Below, piece after piece: positions 1 to 8,932 of a stretch of DNA of 64,000 nt (position 1 is its first letter; each line of letters begins with the position of its first letter). The stretch spans positions 53,076 to 117,075 of the forward strand of contig CALKGK010000033.1 in the NCBI GenBank assembly GCA_938085105.1, in the 5' to 3' direction. The position numbers were made by a program, and so were the translations under genes. A model generated the notes under the pieces. That model saw nothing but the letters and a program-made list of their open reading frames with translations, did no database searches and was not told where the DNA came from. The stretch comes from an uncultured Flavobacteriales bacterium (GTDB lineage: Bacteria > Bacteroidota > Bacteroidia > Flavobacteriales_D > Sanyastnellaceae).

Positions 1-670
1 TGCGAGTATCTAGAAAGTTAGGATCTTGAAAATCGATACTTCGTTCTTCTTCAATCACTCCGAAAAAGTAACTTCCATTGACCCCCAAGGCGAGAGAATG
101 CTTCGAATAACGCAAGCTGTCTACAATGTTGTTAAAGGGATCTTTGAAGAAAACATAGTTCTGGCTCTCAAAACTGCGGCCAAAACCGATGAATCCTTGT
201 GAAATGCCGCCGTTACCGAGATAGTTGTCATTAATGTCGGCAGTATTTCCCTCAATTTCTTGATTTCTCAAAATAGAGCTTTCATAACCAGTGGAACTGT
301 ACGGTGAAATGCCGAGAGTAAGGCCCCAATTTGCTCCTGTTGGCTTCAAGGCAACATAAGCATGGTTAAGGTGGGATAGGTTGAGTTCTTGCGTCGCACT
401 TCCGTTATCTAACTGCAAAAAGCTTACGCGAGTTCCAACCTGCAAAGTGGTTTGGTTGAGGTAGGCGTAAGAAGCAGGGTTGGCTGGGTTGATGTTGTAT
501 CCATCGCTAAACACAGAGGTGATTCCCCCAAAGCCATATACCGATGTATTCCCCATTCGGTGAAGGTCACCAATACCAAATTGTGAGTAAGGAGAGATGC
601 TGGTGGATTGACCAGTGGCCATACCAGCGGCGAGCACGAAAAGCGAAAGAAGGAAATGTCTAATGTCCAT
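1..670 (-). CDS. Outer-membrane beta-barrel protein (FadL/OMPP1-like), 3' part cut by window edge
   Basis: Stop-free minus-strand frame from ATG at 668-670 to position 1; absent from the ORF track because there is no stop in the window. Signal peptide MDIRHFLLSLFVLAAGMATGQ, then SPYSQFGIGDL and alternating strand-like sequence. The ATG overlaps the coaX stop by 11 nt. Confidence 0.55.
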   Translation of the reverse strand, partial: MDIRHFLLSLFVLAAGMATGQSTSISPYSQFGIGDLHRMGNTSVYGFGGITSVFSDGYNINPANPASYAYLNQTTLQVGTRVSFLQLDNGSATQELNLSHLNHAYVALKPTGANWGLTLGISPYSSTGYESSILRNQEIEGNTADINDNYLGNGGISQGFIGFGRSFESQNYVFFKDPFNNIVDSLRYSKHSLALGVNGSYFFGVIEEERSIDFQDPNFLDTR

Positions 671-1385
671 TAAATTGCAAAATTGAATGCAGTCCGCGCA
701 GGGTTAAATTTGCGTCCGCAAAAATGAAGTTTTTTAAGCCCATATCAAAATACTTGCTATCTCCTCCAGTGATGTAGACTTCAAGTGGAGGGTAGCTCTC
801 GCGATATTGGTCAATCATGCCATGAATTTCAGCGTTCATGCCATGAATAATGCCACTTTGCAAACAGGAGTGGGTCGTCTTTCCAAGGAGGGGCGTTTTT
901 TCTTCCAAACTTACAATTGGAAGTTTACTCGTATAATCGTTCATAGCGCGGTTTCTCAATCGCAAGCCTGGTGCTATCGCTCCGCCAACAAAACGGTTTT
1001 CTACAACAAGATCATAAGTGATACAAGTCCCAATATCCACCGCCATGGTATTTTTTCCTGGAGCTAATTGATGCAAGCCGCAAGCATTGGCTCTTCGATC
1101 CGGTCCCAAGCTTTCAGGACTATCGTAATCGATCCCGATGGGTAAAGGAGTGGAATGATCCAATAAAATACAGTTCTCCCTTTTCCTTAAAGCAGCTTCC
1201 AAGTCATTTGGAATATGAGCAGTACTGGAAATCATGACACCGGAGAATTCATCCAAGGAATAAAGCTCCAGTATACTTCGTAGGTCAGGAGAAGATGGGC
1301 GAATATCAAAAACACCATCTTTCACGATGGCAGCTTTGCATCGCGTGTTTCCTTGATCGAGCAGAAGATGTTTTATTGTGGCCAT
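660..1385 (-). CDS. coaX: Type III pantothenate kinase
   Basis: 241 aa. LLLDQGNTRCK and DIGTCITYD are ASKHA-fold phosphate motifs typical of CoaX. ATG start. Confidence 0.85.
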   Translation of the reverse strand: MATIKHLLLDQGNTRCKAAIVKDGVFDIRPSSPDLRSILELYSLDEFSGVMISSTAHIPNDLEAALRKRENCILLDHSTPLPIGIDYDSPESLGPDRRANACGLHQLAPGKNTMAVDIGTCITYDLVVENRFVGGAIAPGLRLRNRAMNDYTSKLPIVSLEEKTPLLGKTTHSCLQSGIIHGMNAEIHGMIDQYRESYPPLEVYITGGDSKYFDMGLKNFIFADANLTLRGLHSILQFNGH

Positions 1386-1957
1386 TCAATTGTGTTCATG
1401 AGCATTTCGATGTCATTTTCGAAATAGGTTTTCACCGGTGCCAAACTGTCTTCGTTGGGCTTGCTCATGAAGTACAGGCTCCCGCGAAGAAAATGGCGTG
1501 TACTATCTGTAACGTAGAACTGTATAGGAGATGCTACATTTCCCTCTAAATTATAGATCAACCCGTAGGCATTGTGCTCTTTGTTTGCAAAACTCTTCCG
1601 TTCGATGGCTTTGGCTTTTACTTCGTGTTTGAAGGCGAATTGATAAGCTGTTTCAATCAGAAGATCCAGATTGTCGTTCACTTCAAACAAGGTGCAGTGA
1701 ACCCGTGCACGGTAACGCGGACTGTATAAATTAAACCAGCAGGTGTCGCTCTGGCGGTCTTTAAAGTTCTCAATGAAGAGGTGCTTTGCCAAATCGAAAT
1801 GCGGACCGCAGGGAAGGGTGTCTGTCCGGAACGATTTCTCCGGAAGATCGATTTTAAAATAGCCACGCGGACGAGGAACTGGTGGTTCTTTGCAGGCCAT
1901 CAAGCCCAAAAAGAAAAGGATGGGGAGGAAATATTTAATCTTCTTCAAGGGCTTCAA
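1373..1957 (-). CDS. gldD: Gliding motility lipoprotein GldD
   Basis: 194 aa with lipoprotein signal KKIKYFLPILFFLGLMAC. It overlaps and follows the gldE homologue, matching the gldE-gldD adjacency known from Flavobacterium johnsoniae. There is no upstream ATG; the start is TTG at 1957 (or 1948). Confidence 0.7.
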   Translation of the reverse strand: MKPLKKIKYFLPILFFLGLMACKEPPVPRPRGYFKIDLPEKSFRTDTLPCGPHFDLAKHLFIENFKDRQSDTCWFNLYSPRYRARVHCTLFEVNDNLDLLIETAYQFAFKHEVKAKAIERKSFANKEHNAYGLIYNLEGNVASPIQFYVTDSTRHFLRGSLYFMSKPNEDSLAPVKTYFENDIEMLMNTIEWPQ

Positions 1958-3275
1958 TGCTAACTTTTACTCGTTTCACTTTTCTTTTATCTGCGGCTTC
2001 CACGGTGAAGGTGAACTGTTCAAAATGAATGCGCTCTCCTTTCAAAGGAATCTTCCCGGCTTGCTCAATAATGAATCCAGCCAGTGTGTCGCTTTCGCCT
2101 TTTTCCTGTTCAAAGTTTTCACCGTCGATGTCCAAGATTCGATAGATGTCAATCAAAGCAGTTTTCCCTTCGAAAATAAAATTACGATCGTCTATGCGAG
2201 AATATTGTAATTCGTCGTCATCAAATTCATCGGTAATGTCTCCAACGATCTCCTCAATAACGTCTTCAAGAGTAATGAGTCCGCTAGTTCCCCCATATTC
2301 ATCCACCACAATCGCCATGTGATTTTTCCTCGATTGGAATTCACGCAGGAGGTCGTCAATTTTTTTGTTTTCTGGAACGAAGAACGGTGGACGAATGAGG
2401 TCGGTCCAGTCGAAATTTTCCGTTTTGAGGTGAGGGAGGAGGTCTTTGATGTAAAGAATACCCGCTACTTCATCAATGGTTCCACGAAATACCGGGATTC
2501 GAGAAAAACCGAGTTCCAAAATCTTTTTGCGGAGTTCTGGGTAGCTCAGTTCGATGTCAAAACAAGCGACATCCATTCTGGAGGTCATGATCTGCTTTAC
2601 ATCTTTGCTTCCAAAGGCCACAATGCCTTCCAAAATCTTCTTCTCTTCTTCGCTTCGATCATCACTGTCTGTGAGTTCAAGCGCGTGACTCAAGGTGTTG
2701 ATGTCGATGGATGAGCTTCCTCCTTTATTGAATCGGTCGTCAATGACTCTTCCCATGCTCACAAGGGGTTTCCAAAAGACCCAGAAGATTTTTTGAGAAA
2801 TTTGAATTGGGGCCGACATTATTTTTGCGAGCGATAATCCATAGTTGGTAGCGTAAACCTTCGGGATCACCTCTCCAAAAAGAACAATGAGAAAAGTCAC
2901 CGCTGCAATGTGAATCACTACTTCTAGAATAGGGTTTACACTTCCTTTTGGGAAGATGGTAGTGACCACCGAAGTGGAGAGCAAGATGATGATGATGTTC
3001 ACAAAATTGTTGATCACCAAGATGGTCGCCAATAAGTTGGACGATCCTGTTCTACGGTCTGGAATTTCCAAAAGCTGAATGATGCGCTCAGAACCGCTGT
3101 CTTGCGCCATTCTAATTTCTTCCAACTCTGCTGGTTTGAGGGAGAAGAAAGCGACTTCCGACCCGGAGATAAGGGCAGAAACGATCAGGAGCAAAAGCAT
3201 GCCCAAAGCCGAAAAAATGAAAGTGGGATCGAGGTAAGGGGACTGAAGTAAAAGAAACGTGTCTGAGGGGTCCAA
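1935..3275 (-). CDS. gldE: Gliding motility protein GldE (DUF21/CNNM membrane domain + CBS pair + CorC/HlyC C-terminal domain)
   Basis: 446 aa with N-terminal TM helices, a CBS-pair region (IMTSRMDVACFD..., GFSRIPVF) and a CorC-type C-terminus. Synteny is mutY-ssb-gldE-gldD. TTG start; the first in-frame ATG would delete TM1. Confidence 0.8.
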   Translation of the reverse strand: MDPSDTFLLLQSPYLDPTFIFSALGMLLLLIVSALISGSEVAFFSLKPAELEEIRMAQDSGSERIIQLLEIPDRRTGSSNLLATILVINNFVNIIIILLSTSVVTTIFPKGSVNPILEVVIHIAAVTFLIVLFGEVIPKVYATNYGLSLAKIMSAPIQISQKIFWVFWKPLVSMGRVIDDRFNKGGSSSIDINTLSHALELTDSDDRSEEEKKILEGIVAFGSKDVKQIMTSRMDVACFDIELSYPELRKKILELGFSRIPVFRGTIDEVAGILYIKDLLPHLKTENFDWTDLIRPPFFVPENKKIDDLLREFQSRKNHMAIVVDEYGGTSGLITLEDVIEEIVGDITDEFDDDELQYSRIDDRNFIFEGKTALIDIYRILDIDGENFEQEKGESDTLAGFIIEQAGKIPLKGERIHFEQFTFTVEAADKRKVKRVKVSIEALEED

Positions 3276-3307
3276 ATTAAAGGTGTTTGTTCAACGCTTG
3301 TGCTTGT

Positions 3308-3727
3308 TTAGAATGGGAGATCATCGTTCTCCGGCTCTTGTTGTTGCTTGGGAGCTGAAGTGCTTTGTTCGTTAGATCCTCCCGATTGTTCTGTGGGTCT
3401 TCCGAGCAATTGCATGATGTCACCAACCACTTCTGTAGTGTATTTTTTCTGACCACTTTGGTCTTCCCAAGAGCGGGTTCTCATTTTGCCTTCGATGTAA
3501 ACTTGAGATCCTTTTCTGAGGAACTTTTCACCAATTTCGGCCAGTTTACGCCAAAGCACAACGTTATGCCATTCGGTTTGGGTTCGTTTTTCTCCGCTAT
3601 TGCGATCGGTATAGGTCTCTGAAGTAGCGAGTGAAAAAGAGCAAACGGCTGTTCCATTTTCGAGGTAGCGTACCTCTGGGTCTTTACCGAGATTTCCTAC
3701 TAAAATTACTTTGTTGATTCCTGCCAT
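3308..3727 (-). CDS. ssb: Single-stranded DNA-binding protein
   Basis: [23 protein letters not shown]-fold N-terminus and acidic tail ending DDLPF. The track ORF (to 3835) is a spurious extension overlapping mutY; the ATG at 3725-3727 fits. Confidence 0.9.
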   Translation of the reverse strand: MAGINKVILVGNLGKDPEVRYLENGTAVCSFSLATSETYTDRNSGEKRTQTEWHNVVLWRKLAEIGEKFLRKGSQVYIEGKMRTRSWEDQSGQKKYTTEVVGDIMQLLGRPTEQSGGSNEQSTSAPKQQQEPENDDLPF

Positions 3728-3779
3728 GATCGTAAATGTAAGTTGAATGCGTGAACTGTAAAAGTGCAAAGATCGAGAA

Positions 3780-4835
3780 TTATCTCGTTTGCCAGTAGTT
3801 TTCAATGAGTTTAGGTAGTGGCTTTTTGTGAACATCCTTCACTTTCACCCATTCAGAGAGCTGCGGGTTGCTTTTTGGCTTTTCGCTTGGCTTGACTCTA
3901 TAAAAACGCGCTAACATTTTTCGATGGGAGAGAAGGTGCTTCATTTCTTCGGAAACATCTTCAATTTGTTCGATGGAGATGTTAAAGAGGTTTTCCAGCT
4001 CTACCATGCTTTTGTCAATGTCCCAAGCTTGCTCGCTTTCAATCAAAGGAAAATCATAAAGTCCCGCCCAAATTCCTTTGTTGGGTCGTTGCTTCAATAA
4101 AACTTGGCCATCCACTTCAATGACATAATAATGAAGGTAGACGGTCTGTACTTTTGTTTTCTTAGCCTTGATGGGCAGAATTTGTACGAGGTCTTTGTCG
4201 AAAGCAACGCAGTGTTCTTTGAAAGGGCAAGTTGCACATTGGGTGTTTTTTGGGCTGCATACTTGAGATCCAAAATCCATCATGGCTTGATTGAAGTCTG
4301 CGGCTCTTCCTTTGGGCAAAAGTTGGTTTACGATTTCTCCAACGGCTTTTTGTCCTTCCTTTTGGTCGATGGGAGCCTCAATGCCGAAGAGGCGAGTAAT
4401 CCAGCGATAGACATTTCCATCAATCACCGGTACATCTTCATCAAAGGCGATGGAGGCGATAGCTGCTGCGGTGTAAGGTCCTACTCCTTTCAGTTGAAGG
4501 AGTTCTTTTGCAGTTGATGGGAAACGCCCACCCCGATTCTCCCAGACCTCCTTGGCGGTGGCGTGCAGGTTTCGTGCTCGGGAGTAGTAGCCCAGTCCTT
4601 GCCAGGTTTTCAAGACCTCCTCTTGGGGGGCTTCTGCAAGGGCTTGAACATCTTGGTAGTTCTCTGTGAAGGCGTGGTAATAGGCCATTCCCTGTTCAAC
4701 TCGGGTTTGTTGTAAGATGATTTCGCTGAGCCAGATTTTATAAGGGTCTCGGGTCGAACGCCAAGGAAGTTCACGTCCGTTTTCGGAATACCAAGAGAGC
4801 AGGATTTTAGAATATTTATGAGAATTCGCTGTCAT
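3780..4835 (-). CDS. mutY: A/G-specific adenine DNA glycosylase
   Basis: HhH-GPD motif [17 protein letters not shown], 4Fe-4S cluster loop [17 protein letters not shown] and a NUDIX-like C-terminal domain. The track start at 4850 is TTG; the first ATG is at 4835. Confidence 0.9.
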   Translation of the reverse strand: MTANSHKYSKILLSWYSENGRELPWRSTRDPYKIWLSEIILQQTRVEQGMAYYHAFTENYQDVQALAEAPQEEVLKTWQGLGYYSRARNLHATAKEVWENRGGRFPSTAKELLQLKGVGPYTAAAIASIAFDEDVPVIDGNVYRWITRLFGIEAPIDQKEGQKAVGEIVNQLLPKGRAADFNQAMMDFGSQVCSPKNTQCATCPFKEHCVAFDKDLVQILPIKAKKTKVQTVYLHYYVIEVDGQVLLKQRPNKGIWAGLYDFPLIESEQAWDIDKSMVELENLFNISIEQIEDVSEEMKHLLSHRKMLARFYRVKPSEKPKSNPQLSEWVKVKDVHKKPLPKLIENYWQTR

Positions 4836-4894
4836 TATGTGAGTTGGCAAGAGAAAAATGGAACAGCATTGTTCCTTATTTGTCTAATTAGCTG

Positions 4895-4902
4895 TATCTT
4901 TG
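4895..4902 (+). promoter_or_regulatory. Bacteroidota sigma-A -7 box (TAnnTTTG) upstream of HU gene
   Basis: TATCTTTG lies 45 nt upstream of the ATG at 4948, in the divergent mutY/hup spacer. Confidence 0.4.
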
Positions 4903-4947
4903 CGCACTCAAATTTCAAAAAATCTAAGCACTTTAAAACAATAAGGC

Positions 4948-5238
4948 ATGACAAAAGCGGATCTGGTTAATGATATTGCAGAGCAGACAGGAATCGAAAA
5001 GACGGATGTTCAAACCACGATCGAAGCATTCATGAAGTCGGTGAAGGATTCACTCGAGTCAGGAAAGAATGTTTACTTGAGAGGGTTTGGTAGCTTCGTG
5101 ATCAAAGAGCGGGCGAAGAAAACAGGAAGAAATATCTTGAAGAATACAACGATTGAAATTCCTGCACACAACATTCCTTCATTCAAGCCTGCGAAAACTT
5201 TCGTAGAAGGGGTGAAGACAAAAGTGAAGGTGAAGTAG
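4948..5238 (+). CDS. hup: HU family DNA-binding protein
   Basis: 96 aa. MTKADLVNDIAEQTGIEKTDVQTTIEAFM... and RGFGSF...R.GRN...IPA...P.FKP form the typical HU/IHF fold signature. Confidence 0.85.
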   Translation: MTKADLVNDIAEQTGIEKTDVQTTIEAFMKSVKDSLESGKNVYLRGFGSFVIKERAKKTGRNILKNTTIEIPAHNIPSFKPAKTFVEGVKTKVKVK

Positions 5239-5241
5239 TAG

Positions 5242-5820
5242 ATGAAACGCAGCACCAAACAAATCATTTTAATAGCACTATCCTTAGTGGTAGTGCTTAT
5301 TTTCCTCTTCCTCCCGAAGCAGCCAGCTAGTGTTGTTGAAGCTGCAGAGGAAATTGGGACAGACGATATTGAGCTAGAACAAGCTGTTCAAATGGTTCAA
5401 ATGGGTCAGAACCCAATGGAGGGAATATTGAAAATCAGATCGATTGTTGAGAAGGACAGTACCAATGTGGAAGCACATTTGTGGTTGGGTATCTTTTCGT
5501 TGCAATCTGGTCAGAATGACAAGGCAAAAGATCGATTTGAGACGGTGATAAGTTTGGAGCCACAACAGCCAGAAGCACATTGGCAGTTGGGTCAAATGAG
5601 CATGCAGGATAGCCTCTATGCTCAAGCAATAAGCCACTTCGAAACGGCTTTTGCTAGTGATACGAATTATGTTAATGCACTCTTCTTTATTGGTAAAAGC
5701 CATGAAGAATTGGGCAATGCAAATAAGGCAATTGAATATTACGATCGATACTTGCCGTTCGCTCCGGATACAGTGGTGTCTAACCGAGTGAAATATTTCA
5801 TCGATCAATTAATGAACTAA
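5242..5820 (+). CDS. Membrane-anchored tetratricopeptide (TPR) repeat protein
   Basis: 192 aa with N-terminal TM IILIALSLVVVLIFLFL, then TPR-like repeats (AHLWLGIFSLQSGQNDKAKDRFETVISLEP, AHWQLGQMSM..., ALFFIGKSHEELGNANKAIEYYDRYL). Confidence 0.6.
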   Translation: MKRSTKQIILIALSLVVVLIFLFLPKQPASVVEAAEEIGTDDIELEQAVQMVQMGQNPMEGILKIRSIVEKDSTNVEAHLWLGIFSLQSGQNDKAKDRFETVISLEPQQPEAHWQLGQMSMQDSLYAQAISHFETAFASDTNYVNALFFIGKSHEELGNANKAIEYYDRYLPFAPDTVVSNRVKYFIDQLMN

Positions 5821-5831
5821 AAATCAATCCT

Positions 5832-5924
5832 ATGCCAAGCGGAAAAAAGCGCAAACGCCATAAGATGGCCACGCACAAGCGTAAAAAGAGACTTCGTAAA
5901 AACAGACATAAGAAGAAGAAATAA
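5832..5924 (+). CDS. 30-aa highly basic micro-protein, bS22-like (candidate small ribosomal protein)
   Basis: ATG at 5832 and TAA at 5922-5924. It encodes MPSGKKRKRHKMATHKRKKRLRKNRHKKKK (20 of 30 residues K/R/H). Below the ORF-track cutoff. It resembles mycobacterial bS22 (..[20 protein letters not shown]..). It lies 11 nt after the TPR gene stop. Confidence 0.5.
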   Translation: MPSGKKRKRHKMATHKRKKRLRKNRHKKKK

Positions 5925-6007
5925 AATCTTCTTTTGTTTTCTAGCAACTGAGCATTTGCTTTGGGATTTTCTCCAAGCGAAAGTTGAGTTGCTTTAACGC
6001 GAAAAGT

Positions 6008-7558
6008 GTGAATAGCGAGCTCGTAATAAATACGACCAAAAATGGTGTGGAGATCGCACTATTGCATGATAAATTACTCGTTGAACTTCACCAAGAACAA
6101 GCCAATCATCAATACGCAGTTGGCGATGTTTATCTAGGAAAAGTACGTAAAGTCATTCCTAGCTTGAACGCCGCTTTTGTGGATGTTGGTTACGAGCGTG
6201 ATGCATTTTTGCATTACCTCGACTTAGGAGCCCAATTCTCCTCACAACGCCTGTACGCAAAACGTGTGATGGCCGGACAACAAGCTAGTCCGGAACTCAC
6301 CAACTTTAAAATGCAAGCAGACATTGATAAGGGAGGGAAGATCAAAGATCAGCTTTCAAGCAGCCAACAAATACTTGTTCAGGTTGCCAAAGAGCCGATT
6401 TCTGCCAAAGGGCCAAGGTTAACAGCAGAACTGACCATCCCTGGTCGGTATGTTGTTTTGGTGCCATTTTCAAACAAAATTTCGCTCTCGCAGCGAATTA
6501 AGAGTGATGAAGAACGCGACCGACTCAAGCGACTGATGAAGAGTATTCGTCCGCCAGGGTTCGGTATCATTGTTCGAACAGTTGCCGAGAATAAAGGCGC
6601 AGCTGATCTTCATGCAGATCTTCAAGACCTGGTTGATCGTTGGGGAATCTTATACAAGAACCTCAAAACAGCCAAACCAACGCACAGAGTACTTGGTGAA
6701 TTAAATAAAACCAATACGATTCTGCGCGACCTACTCACGCCAGATTTTTCAGCCATTCATGTCAATGATGAGACCCTTGCGGGCGAAGTTCGCTCGTATT
6801 TGAAGACCATCGCACCAGACAAAGAAGGCATTACCCGTTATGTGAAGTCCAATGATCTTTTTGATACTATGGGCTTGCACCGACAGATTAAAGCAATCTT
6901 CGGGAAACAGGTAAACCTTAAAAGTGGTGCTTATTTGATTATCGAACACACCGAAGCAATGCACGTTATTGACGTGAATTCCGGTGGGCGAAAAGGAGGA
7001 GTGAAGAACCAGGAAGAAAATGCTTTGCAAACCAACCTCGAGTGTGCAGAAGAAATCGCAAGAATATTGCGTCTTCGAGATATGGGAGGGATTATTTGCA
7101 TCGACTTTATCGACATGCACGACAGGGCAAATCAACGCCGCCTGTTTGAAGCCTTAAAAGAGGCCATGAAGAACGATAAAGCAAAGCACAACATTCTGCC
7201 ACCAAGCAAATTTGGAGTGGTAGAAATTACTCGCCAACGTGTGCGCGAGGTAACAAATATTAAAACGCAGGAGAAATGCCCATCATGTGATGGAAAAGGA
7301 GTGGTAGAAGCTCCACTGCTGTTTACCGATAATCTAGAGAGTGCCATTCGCTTCGTTGCAGAAGAAGGGAAGCACAAAAAAGTTTCTATGATCGTTCACC
7401 CAATGGTTGAAGCCTATCTCACAAAAGGTTTGTTCAACTCGATCATCAAAAAGTGGAGAAAGAAATACAAACTTTCGATCACTCTCAAGGGAGACAGCTC
7501 TCTTGAGTTCCTAGAGCACCACCTCTCGAACGAGGCGGGTGAAGAAATTGCCCTCTAA
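6008..7558 (+). CDS. rng: Rne/Rng family ribonuclease (RNase G-like)
   Basis: S1 domain GDVYLGKVRKVIPSLNAAFVDVG, catalytic core IIEHTEAMHVIDVNSG and Zn-link CPSCDGKG. The track start at 5984 is TTG; GTG at 6008 gives the typical MNSELVI N-terminus. Start uncertain by +/-8 codons. Confidence 0.85.
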   Translation: MNSELVINTTKNGVEIALLHDKLLVELHQEQANHQYAVGDVYLGKVRKVIPSLNAAFVDVGYERDAFLHYLDLGAQFSSQRLYAKRVMAGQQASPELTNFKMQADIDKGGKIKDQLSSSQQILVQVAKEPISAKGPRLTAELTIPGRYVVLVPFSNKISLSQRIKSDEERDRLKRLMKSIRPPGFGIIVRTVAENKGAADLHADLQDLVDRWGILYKNLKTAKPTHRVLGELNKTNTILRDLLTPDFSAIHVNDETLAGEVRSYLKTIAPDKEGITRYVKSNDLFDTMGLHRQIKAIFGKQVNLKSGAYLIIEHTEAMHVIDVNSGGRKGGVKNQEENALQTNLECAEEIARILRLRDMGGIICIDFIDMHDRANQRRLFEALKEAMKNDKAKHNILPPSKFGVVEITRQRVREVTNIKTQEKCPSCDGKGVVEAPLLFTDNLESAIRFVAEEGKHKKVSMIVHPMVEAYLTKGLFNSIIKKWRKKYKLSITLKGDSSLEFLEHHLSNEAGEEIAL

Positions 7559-8805
7559 AGCTTGATGTCTAGGTCTTTGGGGAAGCACATGAAGTGCTTC
7601 TCCACGACCTCAGACAGGGATTGCAAATTCAAGTGATCCGAGGCCAAAGCAACATCTTTCAAACTTCCATCCTTGTAATGTATCTTGATGTTCTGAGCAG
7701 CAGTGCTGTACGCCTTGTTGTCAATGCGCTCTTGAATCACAAAATACTCGGCTTCTTCTCTGCTGAAATCGTAGGTGCTCATGATGGCTTCTACCACTTC
7801 GGCGCGATTGTTTGCTGTAAAGGCTTCCGATCTCAACTTGATGCGGAATAACTTTCTGTTCATCAAACTTGAGCTTAACATGCGCAGTACGCGATCATCA
7901 TGCTCTGCCCAAACTTTAATGGCACCCATGATGTCGAAATCATCCAAAGCACAAAAACGCTCCAATACTTTTGGACCGGAAAGAAATTCTGCTTTGCTGA
8001 TGTCTTCCTTCAGGAAAAAAGCAAGTGCGGGCGATGCAAACAATTCTACACCACGTGAACTCAAATCTTTGGCGCGCTTGAGAATGTTGACGAGCATGAA
8101 CTCTGCACTCAAAACAGTTTTGTGAAGGTAAACTTGCCAATACATCAACCTGCGAGCAACGATGAATTTTTCAATGGAATAGATACCTTTTTCTTCAACC
8201 ACAAGCTGATCGTCTTTCACGTTCAACATTTTGATGATTCGCTCGCTGCTCACCTGACCTTCAGTTACTCCAGAGTAAAAGCTATCGCGGCGCAAGTAGT
8301 CCAAACGGTCCATGTCAAGCTGACTGGACACCATTTGGTGAAGGAATTTCTTGGGGTAATGGTCGTTAAAAATCTCAATGGCCATGTCGAGCTCACCGTT
8401 GAATTCTTCATTCAATCGATTCATAATGAAAACGCTGATGTCTTCATGACTCACCCCGTTCACAATACTGTGTTCAAGGGCGTGCGAGAACGGACCATGA
8501 CCAATATCGTGAAGCAAAATCGCCAAACTCACGGCCCGCGATTCTTCGTGGGTAATTTCATGTCCTTTTTGACGAATCTCATCGACAGCGTGCTGCATCA
8601 GATAAAGCGCACCGATGGCATGGTGAAAACGATTGTGCAGCGCCCCTGGATAAACCAAGTGAGATAAGCCCAATTGGCTAATTCTTCTGAGGCGTTGAAA
8701 ATAGGGGTGATCGATCACATCCAAAAGGATGGAATGACGCAGCGTAATGAATCCATAAACAGGATCATTCAGAATTTTGTACTTGTTTTGGGTGTTTACC
8801 GTCAA
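7555..8805 (-). CDS. HD-domain phosphohydrolase (dGTPase/SAMHD1-like family)
   Basis: 416 aa with HNRFHHAIGALYL ... LLHDIGHGPFSH ... DMDRLDYLRRD, the canonical HD and dNTPase motifs. TTG start. Its stop overlaps the rng stop (CTAA). Confidence 0.8.
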   Translation of the reverse strand: MTVNTQNKYKILNDPVYGFITLRHSILLDVIDHPYFQRLRRISQLGLSHLVYPGALHNRFHHAIGALYLMQHAVDEIRQKGHEITHEESRAVSLAILLHDIGHGPFSHALEHSIVNGVSHEDISVFIMNRLNEEFNGELDMAIEIFNDHYPKKFLHQMVSSQLDMDRLDYLRRDSFYSGVTEGQVSSERIIKMLNVKDDQLVVEEKGIYSIEKFIVARRLMYWQVYLHKTVLSAEFMLVNILKRAKDLSSRGVELFASPALAFFLKEDISKAEFLSGPKVLERFCALDDFDIMGAIKVWAEHDDRVLRMLSSSLMNRKLFRIKLRSEAFTANNRAEVVEAIMSTYDFSREEAEYFVIQERIDNKAYSTAAQNIKIHYKDGSLKDVALASDHLNLQSLSEVVEKHFMCFPKDLDIKL

Positions 8806-8932
8806 ATCATTCTAGGTTTAATCGAAGCACTTTACACGAAATCAGCATTCTTTGCGTTTCTTTGTGCAGGGCGCTCAAAGATACATATTGAGGGTGAAGA
8901 GCGCCCAATCACCCGTGAAAAATAGCGATGCA

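Noticed and set aside
7555-8805. An HD-domain dGTPase-like protein (also cdd at 52239-52724) could be a nucleotide-depletion anti-phage defence gene.
   Set aside because: Both are single genes embedded in conserved housekeeping context. There are no defence-island hallmarks such as mobile genes, restriction systems or compositional shift. The sequences fit the ubiquitous housekeeping families.
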